DNA from: an uncultured delta proteobacterium
GTDB lineage: Bacteria > Desulfobacterota > Binatia > UBA9968
DNA length: 64,000 nucleotides
Reading direction: 5' to 3'
Assembly (NCBI GenBank): GCA_963745035.1
Contig: CAVUVW010000005.1
Coordinates: forward strand, 128,001-192,000
Positions 1 to 9,690 of this stretch are shown piece after piece; the stretch's first letter is position 1, and every line of letters begins with the position of its first letter. The notes under the pieces are model-generated. The model was not told where the DNA came from. It did no database searches and was given only the letters and a program-made list of their open reading frames with translations. A program made the position numbers and the translations under genes.

Positions 1-13
1 CATTCCGATTTTC

Positions 14-739
14 GTGAAGCGCATGTTTCGCCACTCGTATATTTACGTCAACAAGCGCGCGGGCATTCGCGCGCCGAAGGATCTCAACGGCAGGCGGGTC
101 GGTTTGCAAACCTGGTTCACGACGACCGCGCTGTGGGCGCGCGGAATTTTGGAGGAGGAATACGGAGTCGATCTGCGCTCGATTACCTGGGTGGCCAATT
201 GGAGTGAAAAGGTTGGAAATTGGCAGCCGCCGCCCTGGCTCAAGCTCGAGATCGCGCCGCAGGGCGCGAAGCTGCACGACCTTCTAGTTGCCGGAGAGAT
301 TGATGCCAGTATTACGACCGAGACGTGGGCGCCTTTCGGCCATCCGGATGTCGACTTCCTGCTGCCGAACTATGCCGAGGAGGAGAGAAGATATTATAGG
401 AAGACTGGCTTCTTTCCGATTCAACATACGCTCTTGATCAAGACCACCGTCCTGGAGAAATATCCTTGGGTGGCGATGAGCATGTTCGACGCCTGGCAAG
501 AGGCGAAACAGGAATGTTACCGCTGGCTCGATCGGCAGCGGGTGCATATGACGGGCTTGTGGTATCGCTCGCTCTGGGAAGAGGAGCACGCGATCGCGGG
601 CACAGATCCTTACGTATGGGGTTTCAAAAAATGCCGCGCCGAGATTGATAAGATGCTCGACTACACATTCCGCCAAGGCTTGGTGACGCGACGATTTCAG
701 CCTGAGGATATGTTCCATCCAAGTACGCTGGAGACGTAG
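14..739 (+). CDS. 4,5-dihydroxyphthalate decarboxylase-like (PhtD/OphC, periplasmic-binding fold) protein, 5' truncated by window edge
   Basis: Motifs RMFRHSYIYVN, PKDLNGRRVG, YYRKTGFFPIQH and DPYVWG are typical of this family. The reading frame is open to the window start. Confidence 0.75.
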   Translation: MKRMFRHSYIYVNKRAGIRAPKDLNGRRVGLQTWFTTTALWARGILEEEYGVDLRSITWVANWSEKVGNWQPPPWLKLEIAPQGAKLHDLLVAGEIDASITTETWAPFGHPDVDFLLPNYAEEERRYYRKTGFFPIQHTLLIKTTVLEKYPWVAMSMFDAWQEAKQECYRWLDRQRVHMTGLWYRSLWEEEHAIAGTDPYVWGFKKCRAEIDKMLDYTFRQGLVTRRFQPEDMFHPSTLET

Positions 740-779
740 CCCATGGAACGAAGTTGATGGGGTATTAAATTGATCGTGT

Positions 780-807
780 GTAGGGGCGACCGGCCGGTCG
801 CCCCTAC
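780..807. repeat. GTAG-type REP palindrome (28-bp perfect palindrome)
   Basis: GTAGGGGCGACCGG|CCGGTCGCCCCTAC is intergenic and self-complementary. The GTAG foot is typical of RAYT-associated REPs. Confidence 0.75.
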
Positions 808-824
808 GAGGCGCCGAAGAGGAC

Positions 825-1961
825 ATGATGGATATTAGCGATACGGTTCACACTGGACCTGGAACATTGGCGGGACGTTATCTCAGGATGTTTTGGCAGC
901 CTGTTTGTTGCTCCTATGAATTGAAGACCGGTCGAGCGCTTCCCGTTCGAATCTTGGGTGAGGATTTTACCGCCTATCGAGGCGAGAGCGGCAAGCCGTA
1001 TTTGATTGGCCCGCGCTGCGCGCACCGGGGAACGCAGTTGTCAGTCGGTTGGGTCGAGGGCGAGTGTCTGCGCTGCTTTTATCACGGCTGGCGGTACGAC
1101 GGCTCGGGTCAATGCGTCGAGCAACCGGCCGAAGGACAGCCGTTCACAGAAAAGATTCGCATCCCGGGATATCCGGTGAAAGACTACATCGGGCTGATCT
1201 TCGCTTACCTCGGAGAAGGCGAGCCGCCGCCGCTGCCGCGCTATCCAAGACTTGAGAGTGCGGAGGTCTCCCTCGACGTTGCCGCCTTGCATCGGATTTG
1301 CAATTACTTTAACAACATCGACAATTCTCTGGACAGCGTGCACGTGCGGTTCGTGCATCAACGGCACCGGGACTCGGTGGACGATCATATTGTACTCGGT
1401 GATCCGGTGATTTCCGTCGAAGAGAGCGAGTGGGGGGTCAAACGCCACGTCAAGTATCCGGACGGCAAGGATGCCACTTTTTTCTTCGGCATGCCCAATA
1501 TCAATTTCATCAACGGCCAAGTCGTCGATCCGGCGATCAAACGGGCTGATGTGATTGTCTTCAAAGTCCCCGTTGACGATGCAAGCCATATTCACTTCGA
1601 AGCCCGCGCTATCTCGCTCACCGGGGAGCGCGGGCGACAATGGATCGAGGAGCGGCGTGAGATGCGTGCGCAAGCCGAAAAAGATCGTCCGGAATTGGTC
1701 CGGGCGATCCTCGCGGGCAAGCTTCACCTGAGTGAAGTGGACCCCAACAGGGTCGATTTCGTCATGCTCGAGGACGAAGTCGCGCAAACTGGCCAGGGCG
1801 CCATCGCCGTGCGCAGCAACGAGCACCTTGGCCGCAGTGATCGCGGCGTTTTTCTTCTGCGCAAGATCTGGGAGCGCGAACTGCGAAACTTAGCGGAGGG
1901 TAGACCGGTGAAGCAGTGGACTTACCGGCCGGATATGGTGCCGACGTATCCGAAGCCTTAA
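825..1961 (+). CDS. Rieske non-heme iron oxygenase alpha subunit (phthalate 4,5-dioxygenase / LigX-like)
   Basis: Rieske motif CAH...CFYH, mononuclear Fe motif NSLDSVHVRFVH, C-terminal EHLGRSDRGV. Confidence 0.9.
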   Translation: MMDISDTVHTGPGTLAGRYLRMFWQPVCCSYELKTGRALPVRILGEDFTAYRGESGKPYLIGPRCAHRGTQLSVGWVEGECLRCFYHGWRYDGSGQCVEQPAEGQPFTEKIRIPGYPVKDYIGLIFAYLGEGEPPPLPRYPRLESAEVSLDVAALHRICNYFNNIDNSLDSVHVRFVHQRHRDSVDDHIVLGDPVISVEESEWGVKRHVKYPDGKDATFFFGMPNINFINGQVVDPAIKRADVIVFKVPVDDASHIHFEARAISLTGERGRQWIEERREMRAQAEKDRPELVRAILAGKLHLSEVDPNRVDFVMLEDEVAQTGQGAIAVRSNEHLGRSDRGVFLLRKIWERELRNLAEGRPVKQWTYRPDMVPTYPKP

Positions 1962-2000
1962 TAGAAACTAGTTTCTAGTCTCTGGTTTTTAGTTCTGGTT
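1962..2000. repeat. 7-bp tandem repeat array (TTTCTAG/TCTCTGG/TTTTTAG) with 16-bp palindrome
   Basis: TAGAAACT|AGTTTCTA is followed by heptamer units, between convergent genes. Confidence 0.55.
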
Positions 2001-2047
2001 AACGTGTTCGAAGCGGCCGGCGGGCGGTTATTCGTTGCCTGAGTCTG

Positions 2048-3040
2048 CTATGCCGGTTCTTCGGGAGCGCCGCCTGATTTGGCCAGGTCTTCTACCTTGA
2101 TTTTTTCGACGTTCATCTTATCAACGGCTTTGATCATGCGGTCCAGCACTTCGTCGAACCCGAGCGGCGCGGCGTCTTTGGGACGGAAGCGAATCGGATT
2201 GATGCGGGCGACGACGAAGCTTTTCAAATAGGGGCTGGTCAGGCCTTTCGCTTTTAGCGCTTCGACTTTCTCAACCACTTTTCCGTCCAGGTCCATGAGT
2301 GCTTTGGCGCGCTCCTCGCGGATTGGCAGCGCGGACTTGAGCGGCTTCTTTATGTACTCGTCCGAGCGCCTGAGAATCGGATGGTAGGCGCCGCCGCTGA
2401 AGCGGCCGTTCTCCAAATAGCAGAGGCCCAACGTGATCAGCGCGGCCTCCTCGAATTCCAGCGCATAGGTTTCTTCCGTGGCATCGTCCAGGGTGGCCAG
2501 TTCCTGATACATTTTGATGACTTCGAGTGCGCGCTCGCGCAGGTTGTGCGCCTTTTCCGTATTGAGCGCAAGGATCTGATAAGCCGTGGATGCTTCCGGG
2601 ACCACCAGGGCGATGATGCATTTGGCGCCGAGGGTTTTCATGGCGGACAACCGGTGCATACCGTTGGGCGTCCAGTAGCGCGTGTTGCTGTCCTTGCTCT
2701 CTTTGCGCACGACGATGATCGGGTCGAGAAAGCGGCCGAGCTTGGCGATCACCGTCTCGAGCTTGCGCACGTGAGCATCCGAAAGATTTCGCTGGTACGG
2801 TGTCGGCTCGACCTGATCGATGGGCAATGACGCGAGCACGACCCAGTGGCCGCTAAATGGTTCGCGATAGCTGGCGAGAACTCGGCCGCCGTCCTTCTCG
2901 ATGGCCGCTTGAAGCTCGCCAACCGCGGCCTGTGGTGTGCCGTTTGACAGCTCGGTCGCCAGGAGACCGCTGGAACGGCCGGCGAGCTTGCGCCGCTTGC
3001 GCGGCGCTCCGGGTTTTTTCTTGGCGCGCTTCTCCGCCAT
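2048..3040 (-). CDS. Stand-alone ParB/Srx N-terminal domain protein
   Basis: PTPYQR, FLDPIIV, TPNGMHRLSAM and LALNTEK correspond to ParB/Srx-like boxes. No ParA is adjacent. Confidence 0.75.
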   Translation of the reverse strand: MAEKRAKKKPGAPRKRRKLAGRSSGLLATELSNGTPQAAVGELQAAIEKDGGRVLASYREPFSGHWVVLASLPIDQVEPTPYQRNLSDAHVRKLETVIAKLGRFLDPIIVVRKESKDSNTRYWTPNGMHRLSAMKTLGAKCIIALVVPEASTAYQILALNTEKAHNLRERALEVIKMYQELATLDDATEETYALEFEEAALITLGLCYLENGRFSGGAYHPILRRSDEYIKKPLKSALPIREERAKALMDLDGKVVEKVEALKAKGLTSPYLKSFVVARINPIRFRPKDAAPLGFDEVLDRMIKAVDKMNVEKIKVEDLAKSGGAPEEPA

Positions 3041-3064
3041 CCGAATTGCCTAGCACAGGATCGG

Positions 3065-4315
3065 CTACTGTTCCAAACGGCGCACGCTGGGATAGAAGAT
3101 CGCCACGAACAGCGCCATCATCGCGACCATGAAGCCGCCGAAGCCGACGGCGATCGGCGCGCCGGCGAATTCCGCGATCGCGCCGGCGATCATGCCGCCT
3201 ATGGGCATCAACTCCCATGCCAGCCCGTAGATGCCCATCACCCGCCCACGCAACTCGTTGGGCAAATTGACCTGCAGCACCGTGCTGATGGTCGTCATAT
3301 AAAACTGACTCGCGACGCCGAGCGCAAAAGCGAGGATTAATGACAGCGGGTAAGACTTTGAAAACGCAAACGAGATGAGCAGGACGCCGAAAACGAATGC
3401 CCCCAGTAACGACTGCTGGCCCTTGCCGCGCGCGTGGGAAAACCAGGCGACGGCTAAAACACCGGCGAGCGCGCCCGCGCCGCCGAAGCTTTGGAGAAAG
3501 CCGAAACCCTGCGAGCCGACGTCGAGAACGTTGCGCGCGAACACCGGCATCAGGATCAGGTAGGACATGCCAAAGGCGCTGTTGAAGAAGATGATGGCGA
3601 TGAAGATGAAGTAGATTTCGTTGGTGCGGATGAAATTCAGCCCCTCGGCCATATGGTGCAACACGCTTCCCGCCGCAGGCGCCGTCGGTTGCGTGGTCAG
3701 CCGGATGCCGAGCCACAGGCAAACCGCAACCAGCGACGCGACAAAGCAAAAGTAAAAGGTCGCGCCAATGCCGACCAAATAGATCATTATGCCGGCGAGG
3801 GCGGGGCCGACGAGGCGATTGAGCTGCCAAATCGTACCGCCAACCGCGACCGCATTGGCAATGTCGTCCTTGGGCACCATTTGAGGTAACAGCGCCATGC
3901 GGCTGGGGCGGTCGAAGGCGCGCACGCAGCCCGATATGATCGCGACCACGATGACGTGCCAGAGCGCGATCCACCCGACCACGATCAAAGTGGCGAGTAA
4001 GAAAAACGTCGTCGCGGACACGCTTTGCGAGAGAATCATAATGCGCCGGCGATCGGCGCGATCGGCGATGACGCCTCCCAAGAGAGTCAAGGCGATCGTT
4101 GGGGCGGCAAACGCCAAACCGGTCAACCCGAGCAGCAGAGGCGAATTGGTCAACTCGAGAACCAGCCAGCCCTGCGCTACACCCTCCATGTTTTGCGCCA
4201 GGACCGACGAGAGCTGGCCGAGCCAATAGAGCCGGTAATTGCGGTGGCGCAACGCGCTCAACGCTTGGAGCAGACGTTGGCTTCCGGAAAGAGTTTCAAC
4301 CGCGGCTTTCGACAT
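3065..4315 (-). CDS. MFS transporter (MFS_3 / H+ antiporter-like)
   Basis: About 12 hydrophobic segments, ALRHRNYRLYW, GGVIADRADRRRI motif A, LRGRVMG. The start could be at 4357. Confidence 0.9.
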   Translation of the reverse strand: MSKAAVETLSGSQRLLQALSALRHRNYRLYWLGQLSSVLAQNMEGVAQGWLVLELTNSPLLLGLTGLAFAAPTIALTLLGGVIADRADRRRIMILSQSVSATTFFLLATLIVVGWIALWHVIVVAIISGCVRAFDRPSRMALLPQMVPKDDIANAVAVGGTIWQLNRLVGPALAGIMIYLVGIGATFYFCFVASLVAVCLWLGIRLTTQPTAPAAGSVLHHMAEGLNFIRTNEIYFIFIAIIFFNSAFGMSYLILMPVFARNVLDVGSQGFGFLQSFGGAGALAGVLAVAWFSHARGKGQQSLLGAFVFGVLLISFAFSKSYPLSLILAFALGVASQFYMTTISTVLQVNLPNELRGRVMGIYGLAWELMPIGGMIAGAIAEFAGAPIAVGFGGFMVAMMALFVAIFYPSVRRLEQ

Positions 4316-4454
4316 GATGGGTTTATATCGGGGCGATGAAGTCCGTCCATTGTTCATGAAACCGTGCAGGGTGTCAAAGAGCGGCGCAAGACTTTTGGCG
4401 TTCGCGATGCTACTTTTACGAGATCACGGACATCAAAGTTGAAGGTGATTCGAT

Positions 4455-5807
4455 ATGGCCCGCTACGACTACGATCTTTTTACCATCGGGGCTGGGTCCG
4501 GCGGCGTGCGCGCGAGCCGGATGTCGGCTTTGTTTCGCGCCAAGGTCGCGGTTGCGGAAGAGCTCTATCTCGGCGGCACCTGCGTCAACGTCGGCTGCAT
4601 CCCGAAAAAGCTGCTCGTTTACGCCGCCCATTACCACGATGATTTCCGCGATGCGGCGGGCTTTGGCTGGAGCGTGGGCGAGCGGCGTCTGGACTGGGCG
4701 CGATTGATCGCCAACAAGAACAAGGAGATCAACCGCTTGAACGGCGTTTATCGCAAGCTTCTCGGCGACTCGGGAGTTGAAATTCTCGACGGTCACGCGG
4801 AAGTTTTGGATGCGCACACCGTCAGTCTCGACGGGAGGACGATCACCGCGAAGTATATTCTCGTCGCGGTCGGGAGTTGGCCGGTGGTGCCGCAATTTCC
4901 CGGCTCGGAGCATGCCATCACGTCGAACGAAGCCTTTTATCTGCCGTCGCTGCCCAGGCGCGTGGTGATCGTCGGGGGCGGCTACATCGGCGTCGAGTTC
5001 GCTGGTATTTTTCACGGCTTGGGCGCGCACACCACACAGCTCTATCGCGGCAAATCGTTTTTGCGCGGCTTCGACGACGACATCCGCATCACGCTCGCCG
5101 ATGAAATGCGCAAGCGCGGCATCGACCTGAGACTGCAAACCGACATCGCCAAGATCGAGAAAACCGGCGACGTGCTGCGCGCGACTTTGACGGACGGGAG
5201 TCTCGTGGAGGCCGAGCAAATCATGTACGCCACCGGCCGCCTGCCGAAGACGCGCGACTTGGGACTGGAAAAGGCCGGAGTACAATTGAGCGCAACGGGC
5301 GCCGTTTTGGTGGACGAATATTCACGGTCGAACGTCGAAAGCATCTACGCCATCGGCGACTGCACCGATCGGATGATGCTTACGCCGGTCGCGATCGCCG
5401 AAGGCATGGCGGTGGCGAATACGCTGTTCAATGACAAGCCGACGCGGCCGAGTTATCTCAACGTGCCGACCGCTGTTTTCAGCACGCCCAACTGCGGCAC
5501 CGTCGGTCTGACGGAAGCGGAGGCGCGCGCCCGCGATCTTAAAATAGATATCTACCGAAGCTTCTTTCGGCCGCTCAAGCATACCCTTACCGGCCGCGAG
5601 GAGCGGACCATGATGAAGTTGGTGGTGGACCAAACGACGGACCGGGTGCTCGGCTGCCATATGGTTGGAAGCGACGCCGGGGAAATCATCCAGGGGCTGG
5701 CAGTCGCCCTCAACTGCGGTGCCACCAAGGCGCAGTTCGATGCAACCATCGGCATCCATCCGACAGCCGCCGAAGAATTCGTGACCATGCGCAGCAAGCT
5801 TGCTTAA
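4455..5807 (+). CDS. gor: Glutathione-disulfide reductase
   Basis: GAGSGG FAD motif, redox pair [24 protein letters not shown] motif, C-terminal HPTAAEE. Confidence 0.95.
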   Translation: MARYDYDLFTIGAGSGGVRASRMSALFRAKVAVAEELYLGGTCVNVGCIPKKLLVYAAHYHDDFRDAAGFGWSVGERRLDWARLIANKNKEINRLNGVYRKLLGDSGVEILDGHAEVLDAHTVSLDGRTITAKYILVAVGSWPVVPQFPGSEHAITSNEAFYLPSLPRRVVIVGGGYIGVEFAGIFHGLGAHTTQLYRGKSFLRGFDDDIRITLADEMRKRGIDLRLQTDIAKIEKTGDVLRATLTDGSLVEAEQIMYATGRLPKTRDLGLEKAGVQLSATGAVLVDEYSRSNVESIYAIGDCTDRMMLTPVAIAEGMAVANTLFNDKPTRPSYLNVPTAVFSTPNCGTVGLTEAEARARDLKIDIYRSFFRPLKHTLTGREERTMMKLVVDQTTDRVLGCHMVGSDAGEIIQGLAVALNCGATKAQFDATIGIHPTAAEEFVTMRSKLA

Positions 5808-6113
5808 GCGGGATTTTTGGCGCTCTTTGTCGGCGTCATTTGCCCCGAGTCCGCAGTTGAGAATGATTTGCCGCCGTGGGCGTGTTTTACCACCTAAAAG
5901 CGGATTGTTCTCTACGCCGCTGAGCGCTGCCGTCGAGCGCCATGACGCACGAATAAAGATATTCTTTTCCATTCACGCCGATGTTCTCGATTGCTGCCTG
6001 ACTTTCAGCCGCGCGCTGAGCGTTTTTACCGGCAACCTAGCCCGGTTTTTCCTGACAAATTGGAGGATTCGTCGTTCTGCGCTACCTGCCGCAGAAGTCA
6101 AAGATAGCAAGAT

Positions 6114-6130
6114 CAAGATCTTAGATCTTG
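6114..6130. promoter_or_regulatory. Palindromic operator candidate CAAGATCT-T-AGATCTTG abutting the sigma-54 promoter
   Basis: Perfect 8-bp inverted repeat, preceded by further AAGAT half-sites. Confidence 0.4.
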
Positions 6131-6144
6131 GCACTTTCGTTGCT
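6129..6144 (+). promoter_or_regulatory. Sigma-54 (-24/-12) promoter for the PqqC/CADD-like gene
   Basis: TGGCAC-TTTCG-TTGCT is an exact TGGCAC-N5-TTGC consensus, about 48 bp upstream of the ATG at 6192. Confidence 0.7.
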
Positions 6145-6191
6145 CCGCTTTATTCAAAAAGTGCGCCTCTAGGCTGAAGGAGAAGACGGCT

Positions 6192-6980
6192 ATGGACCGG
6201 GAAGCTTTTCGCGAGCAGATGCTCAGTGTGATGGATAAAAAAAATCACTGGGCTTGGCCGCTCTTCACGTCGGGTAAGGTAGCGAAGGAGCGCCTGCATT
6301 TTCACTTCGAGCAGGAGTACGCGACCTACGTGCGCGATTTTCCGATTTTGGTGGGCCGCGCGTACGTGCGTTGTCCGATTGCGGCGATCCGAAGAAGCCT
6401 GGCGGAAAATCTGTACGAGGAGGAGACCGGTGGGTTGGTAGCCGGCAGCCCGCATCCATCGCTGTTTTTGGAATATCCCCGAGGCCTCGGCATGGATCTG
6501 CAGCGTTTCGACCGCGTCCAGCTTCTACCGGCGGCCGACTGCTACCGCAGCTTTCTCGACGACGCCACCCAAAGCTACGGTTGGGATATTGCCGCCGCAG
6601 TCGTGACGATTTTTGTCGAAGGAAATTCCGACGAGCGGGCCGCCTTGACGCGGACAACTCGTATACCGCCGCCGCTGGAGGAGCATCCGCTGGTCAAACA
6701 TTACGGTCTGCCCGTTGACAAACTTGCGCTTACGAAAGCTCATCGCCAAGTCGAAGGGCATCACCGGCTGGCCGCGTGGAGCGCGATTCTTGAAAACGTT
6801 GCGCCAACGCGGCGCGGCGCCGTGGTCAGAACCATGATGGATGCGTTGGATCTCTGGCTCAAGTACCGCGATGACGTCGCGGAAGCGTGCGGTCTCAAAC
6901 CTAAAGGATCGGCCAAGAAACGCCGGAAGGCGGCGCGGAAACCGCTAGCCGATCGGCTCTCCACGATAGCTTTTGGCTAG
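6192..6980 (+). CDS. Heme-oxygenase-like diiron enzyme (PqqC/CADD/TenA superfamily)
   Basis: ENLYEEETG...H and HRQVEGHH (HxxxExxH) metal-ligand pattern, helical composition, SD GGAG. Confidence 0.8.
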   Translation: MDREAFREQMLSVMDKKNHWAWPLFTSGKVAKERLHFHFEQEYATYVRDFPILVGRAYVRCPIAAIRRSLAENLYEEETGGLVAGSPHPSLFLEYPRGLGMDLQRFDRVQLLPAADCYRSFLDDATQSYGWDIAAAVVTIFVEGNSDERAALTRTTRIPPPLEEHPLVKHYGLPVDKLALTKAHRQVEGHHRLAAWSAILENVAPTRRGAVVRTMMDALDLWLKYRDDVAEACGLKPKGSAKKRRKAARKPLADRLSTIAFG

Positions 6981-8247
6981 GATCTGCATCGGATTGAGCG
7001 GCCGGCGCCCGTTGCCCTGCTCGATCTGGATCGCCGCTAACGGACAATCCGAACAAGTCACCTTCGGCTGCCCCTCGGCCATTTCGCGAAAGGCGCGGCC
7101 GCCGTATTTGAGCGACTGCTCAAAATTTTCTTTTTTCATCGCCCAGGTGCCGTCGTGTCCGGAGCATTCCTCGACGACCTTCACCTCGGTATCGGGTAAA
7201 AGCGACAAAACGTCGCGGGTTTTGTAACCGATGTTCTGAGCGCGCAAATGGCAGGGCATGTGATAGCTCACATTGCCGGCGCCGGTCTTGAAGTCTTTTT
7301 TGAGCTTTCCCGCGCTCGCCAACCCGGCGAGAAATTCCATCGGGTCCATCGTCTTTGCGGCGACCTTTTTAGCTTCCTCGGTGCCGAGCAGGCGCGGGTA
7401 TTCCACTCGGATCATCTGCGAGCACGTGGGAATGGTCGCGATCACGCTACGGCCGTCGTCGACATGGCGAGCGAGAGCGGCCACGGTTTCTTTCGCCGCC
7501 GCGATCGCACCTGCGACGTCGCCGTTGTGCCACAGCGGCATGCCGCAGCAGCGCTCGTAAGCGAAACTCACGTCAACGTTATTGTGTGCCATGACTTCCA
7601 GCGTCGCCGTGCCGATCTCCGGCTCGTTGTAATTGACATAGCAGGTGGAAAAGAATGCGATTTTCGCCGCCGGCTCGCCCTGGGGCGCTTGGCGCTCGCT
7701 GGCAAACCGCCGGGCGAAGGTCTTTGCGGCAAACGGCGGGAGCTTCTTGTCTTTGTGGATTCCCAGCGCGTCGTGCATGAGCCGGCGATTGAGCGGATTT
7801 TCATTGGCCCAGTTTGCCAGCGGCGCGGTTGCGCGTGCCGAGCTTGCCCACCAGGTCGGGATTGCCGAGCAACTTATCGACCAGAGGAACTCCCTTCTTT
7901 TTGATTTCTTGGGCCTTGGTGCGAGTCATCAGGCGGGGGAAATCGATGGCCCACTCATGATCGCCGGGCGTGTACGGGCACTTGATGTAGCAAAGCTTGC
8001 ATTGAAAGCAGAGATCGACAACTTTGGTCACGTCTTCAGTTTTCAGTTTCTTCGTGTCGACCTCGGCGTATTTGCCCTCGGTGCAGTAATCATCGACGGC
8101 ATCAAACAGCGTCGGAAAGCTGCCGCAGAATTTAACGCACATGCGGCAGTCGGCGCACAGACTGAAAATCCGCTCGACTTCAGCGCGCAGGTCTTTTTCA
8201 TCGTAGTAGCGCGGATCGGTCGGGTCGTAGGCTGGTTTATTGTTCAC
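6945..8247 (-). CDS. GlpC/HdrD-like Fe-S oxidoreductase (rubrerythrin-associated RFO type), one frameshift near 7834
   Basis: CADCRMCVKFC and CFQCKLCYIKCP ferredoxin motifs, followed by CCG domains (CCGMP, HMPCH, CSGHDG, SDCPLA). Two ORFs join when one base is removed. Confidence 0.85.
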
Positions 8248-8768
8248 GGTTTATTCCTTTGCGGCGCTGGGTTTTTGGTCATTGGCCTGGCGCGCTTTTT
8301 TTTGCGGGGCTTCAGAGCATTCGCCGGTCCTTTGCAATCTGAGCAAAAGCCCTCGAAATATACCGAGTAGTCGAGCAGCGTGAACCCGTGGCGGCGCGCA
8401 TCCGGCAGATGCGCCGCCGCCAAGCCCGGATCCTGGTAGTCGACGACCTTGCCGCAGACCGTGCAGACCAGATGATGGTGCTGCTCCATATTGCCGTCGA
8501 AGCGGGCGGATGCCGCGAAGTGGTTCGTGCGGCGCGCCAATCCCAGATGCGCCAAAGTTTCGAGGGTGCGGTAGACCGTGGTTCGGGAGACTCCCGGAAT
8601 GCGTTCCTTCACGTCCGCGAAGACCTGATCGACGGTGGGGTGGTCCTCTCGTTCCACCAGCGCCGAGAAGATCACGCGGCGCTGCACCGTCGCGGGTATT
8701 CCCGCGCGTCGGCAGACTGCTTCAAGCCGCGCGAAGGGCGTTTTTGCTTTGGCTTCCGATTTTCGCAA
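8244..8768 (-). CDS. Fur-family transcriptional regulator (PerR-like)
   Basis: HPTVDQV, SRTTVYRTL, HHHLVCTVCG, GFCSDC. Confidence 0.9.
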   Translation of the reverse strand: MRKSEAKAKTPFARLEAVCRRAGIPATVQRRVIFSALVEREDHPTVDQVFADVKERIPGVSRTTVYRTLETLAHLGLARRTNHFAASARFDGNMEQHHHLVCTVCGKVVDYQDPGLAAAHLPDARRHGFTLLDYSVYFEGFCSDCKGPANALKPRKKKRARPMTKNPAPQRNKP

Positions 8769-8823
8769 AGGAGTCTTCCCCTGGTTTTAGTGCCCCGAGC
8801 TGTGCAATTGATTTCTTGTTGGT

Positions 8824-8852
8824 AAAGTATTGCAAATGTGTAAGCAAGTCAA
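8824..8852 (-). promoter_or_regulatory. Sigma-70 promoter for the Fur/PerR-RFO unit
   Basis: Minus strand TTGACT-17 nt-TACTTT in an AT-rich patch. Confidence 0.55.
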
Positions 8853-9166
8853 ACGGAAATGCCGCGCGTCCACGGCTGTTTGACTTCGGTTTGCAATCGG
8901 GGCGACGGGAGAGTGATTTGGGTCGCGCTGTTTGGCGCGTGCCTTATTGGGTCTAGTTAGTTCGCCTGTGGTGAGTTTAGTCGAACCACCGCTAAGAAGC
9001 ATGCGGAAATAGCGTATCGGGGAATTGGCCCCCAGCGGTTAAATGAATGATGAAGTCAGCGCATGCTGAACCTCCGGCGGCTCAGGACAGCGTGTCGCAA
9101 GCACCCGAACCATTTTCCAGGCTCGTGCCGGCAGGTCCGAGCCAAGCACCGTCCGGAATCCGGGAT

Positions 9167-9193
9167 TAACGTTCCTCGCACGTCCCCGTCTAA
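9167..9193 (+). promoter_or_regulatory. ECF-sigma-type promoter candidate
   Basis: TAAC...CGTCTAA. The -10 element is identical to that upstream of the ECF sigma gene and lies 19 bp before the ATG at 9212. Confidence 0.45.
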
Positions 9194-9211
9194 CCGGGCA
9201 AGGAGGATCCC

Positions 9212-9628
9212 ATGAGCAAAAAAACACTTGTGTTTGGCTTAATTGCCGCGAGCGTACTCTCGAGCGCGGTGGTGGCGCTGCCAAGTTCCGCTGAGGCGAA
9301 TCACTATGGCCGGTCTGGACGGTACGATAATTACCGGCGCGGGGATCGTCGCAGCGACTGGGGCGAGCTGCGCCGGGATCGGGCAGAATTGCGGCGCGAT
9401 CAGGCGGAGCTCCAGCGCGACCGGTCTGATTTGCGCCGGCTCTATCGCAACGGCGCCAGCCGCGCCGAGATCGATCGCAAGAAGGCGGAAATCCGCAATG
9501 ACGTTCGCGAGATCCGCAAAGACCAAAGGGAGATCCGCGAGGGTTATGCTGACATCCGCCGCGATCGCTACGACTATGACCGGTATTACAACAGTCCTTG
9601 GTCGGGATGGGGTAATGGTCGGTGGTAG
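9212..9628 (+). CDS. Exported Arg/Asp-rich heptad-repeat hypothetical protein
   Basis: SD AGGAGG, signal peptide ending AEA, ELRRDRA/ELRRDQA/ELQRDRS and EIRND/EIRKD/EIREG repeats. Confidence 0.75.
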   Translation: MSKKTLVFGLIAASVLSSAVVALPSSAEANHYGRSGRYDNYRRGDRRSDWGELRRDRAELRRDQAELQRDRSDLRRLYRNGASRAEIDRKKAEIRNDVREIRKDQREIREGYADIRRDRYDYDRYYNSPWSGWGNGRW

Positions 9629-9690
9629 GCGGCCGGTAGGATGTAGCTCTTTGCTCCGACCGGTCTCCAAACCGTTCGTATTGGCTCACC

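Noticed and set aside
5800-6177. 125-aa ORF between gor and the HDO gene
   Set aside because: No motif or SD, and it overlaps the sigma-54 promoter region, so it is more likely regulatory DNA.
6192-6980. PQQ biosynthesis locus or RiPP cluster
   Set aside because: No pqqA/B/D/E or precursor peptide is nearby, and the radical SAM gene at 13296 lacks a SPASM Cys pattern.
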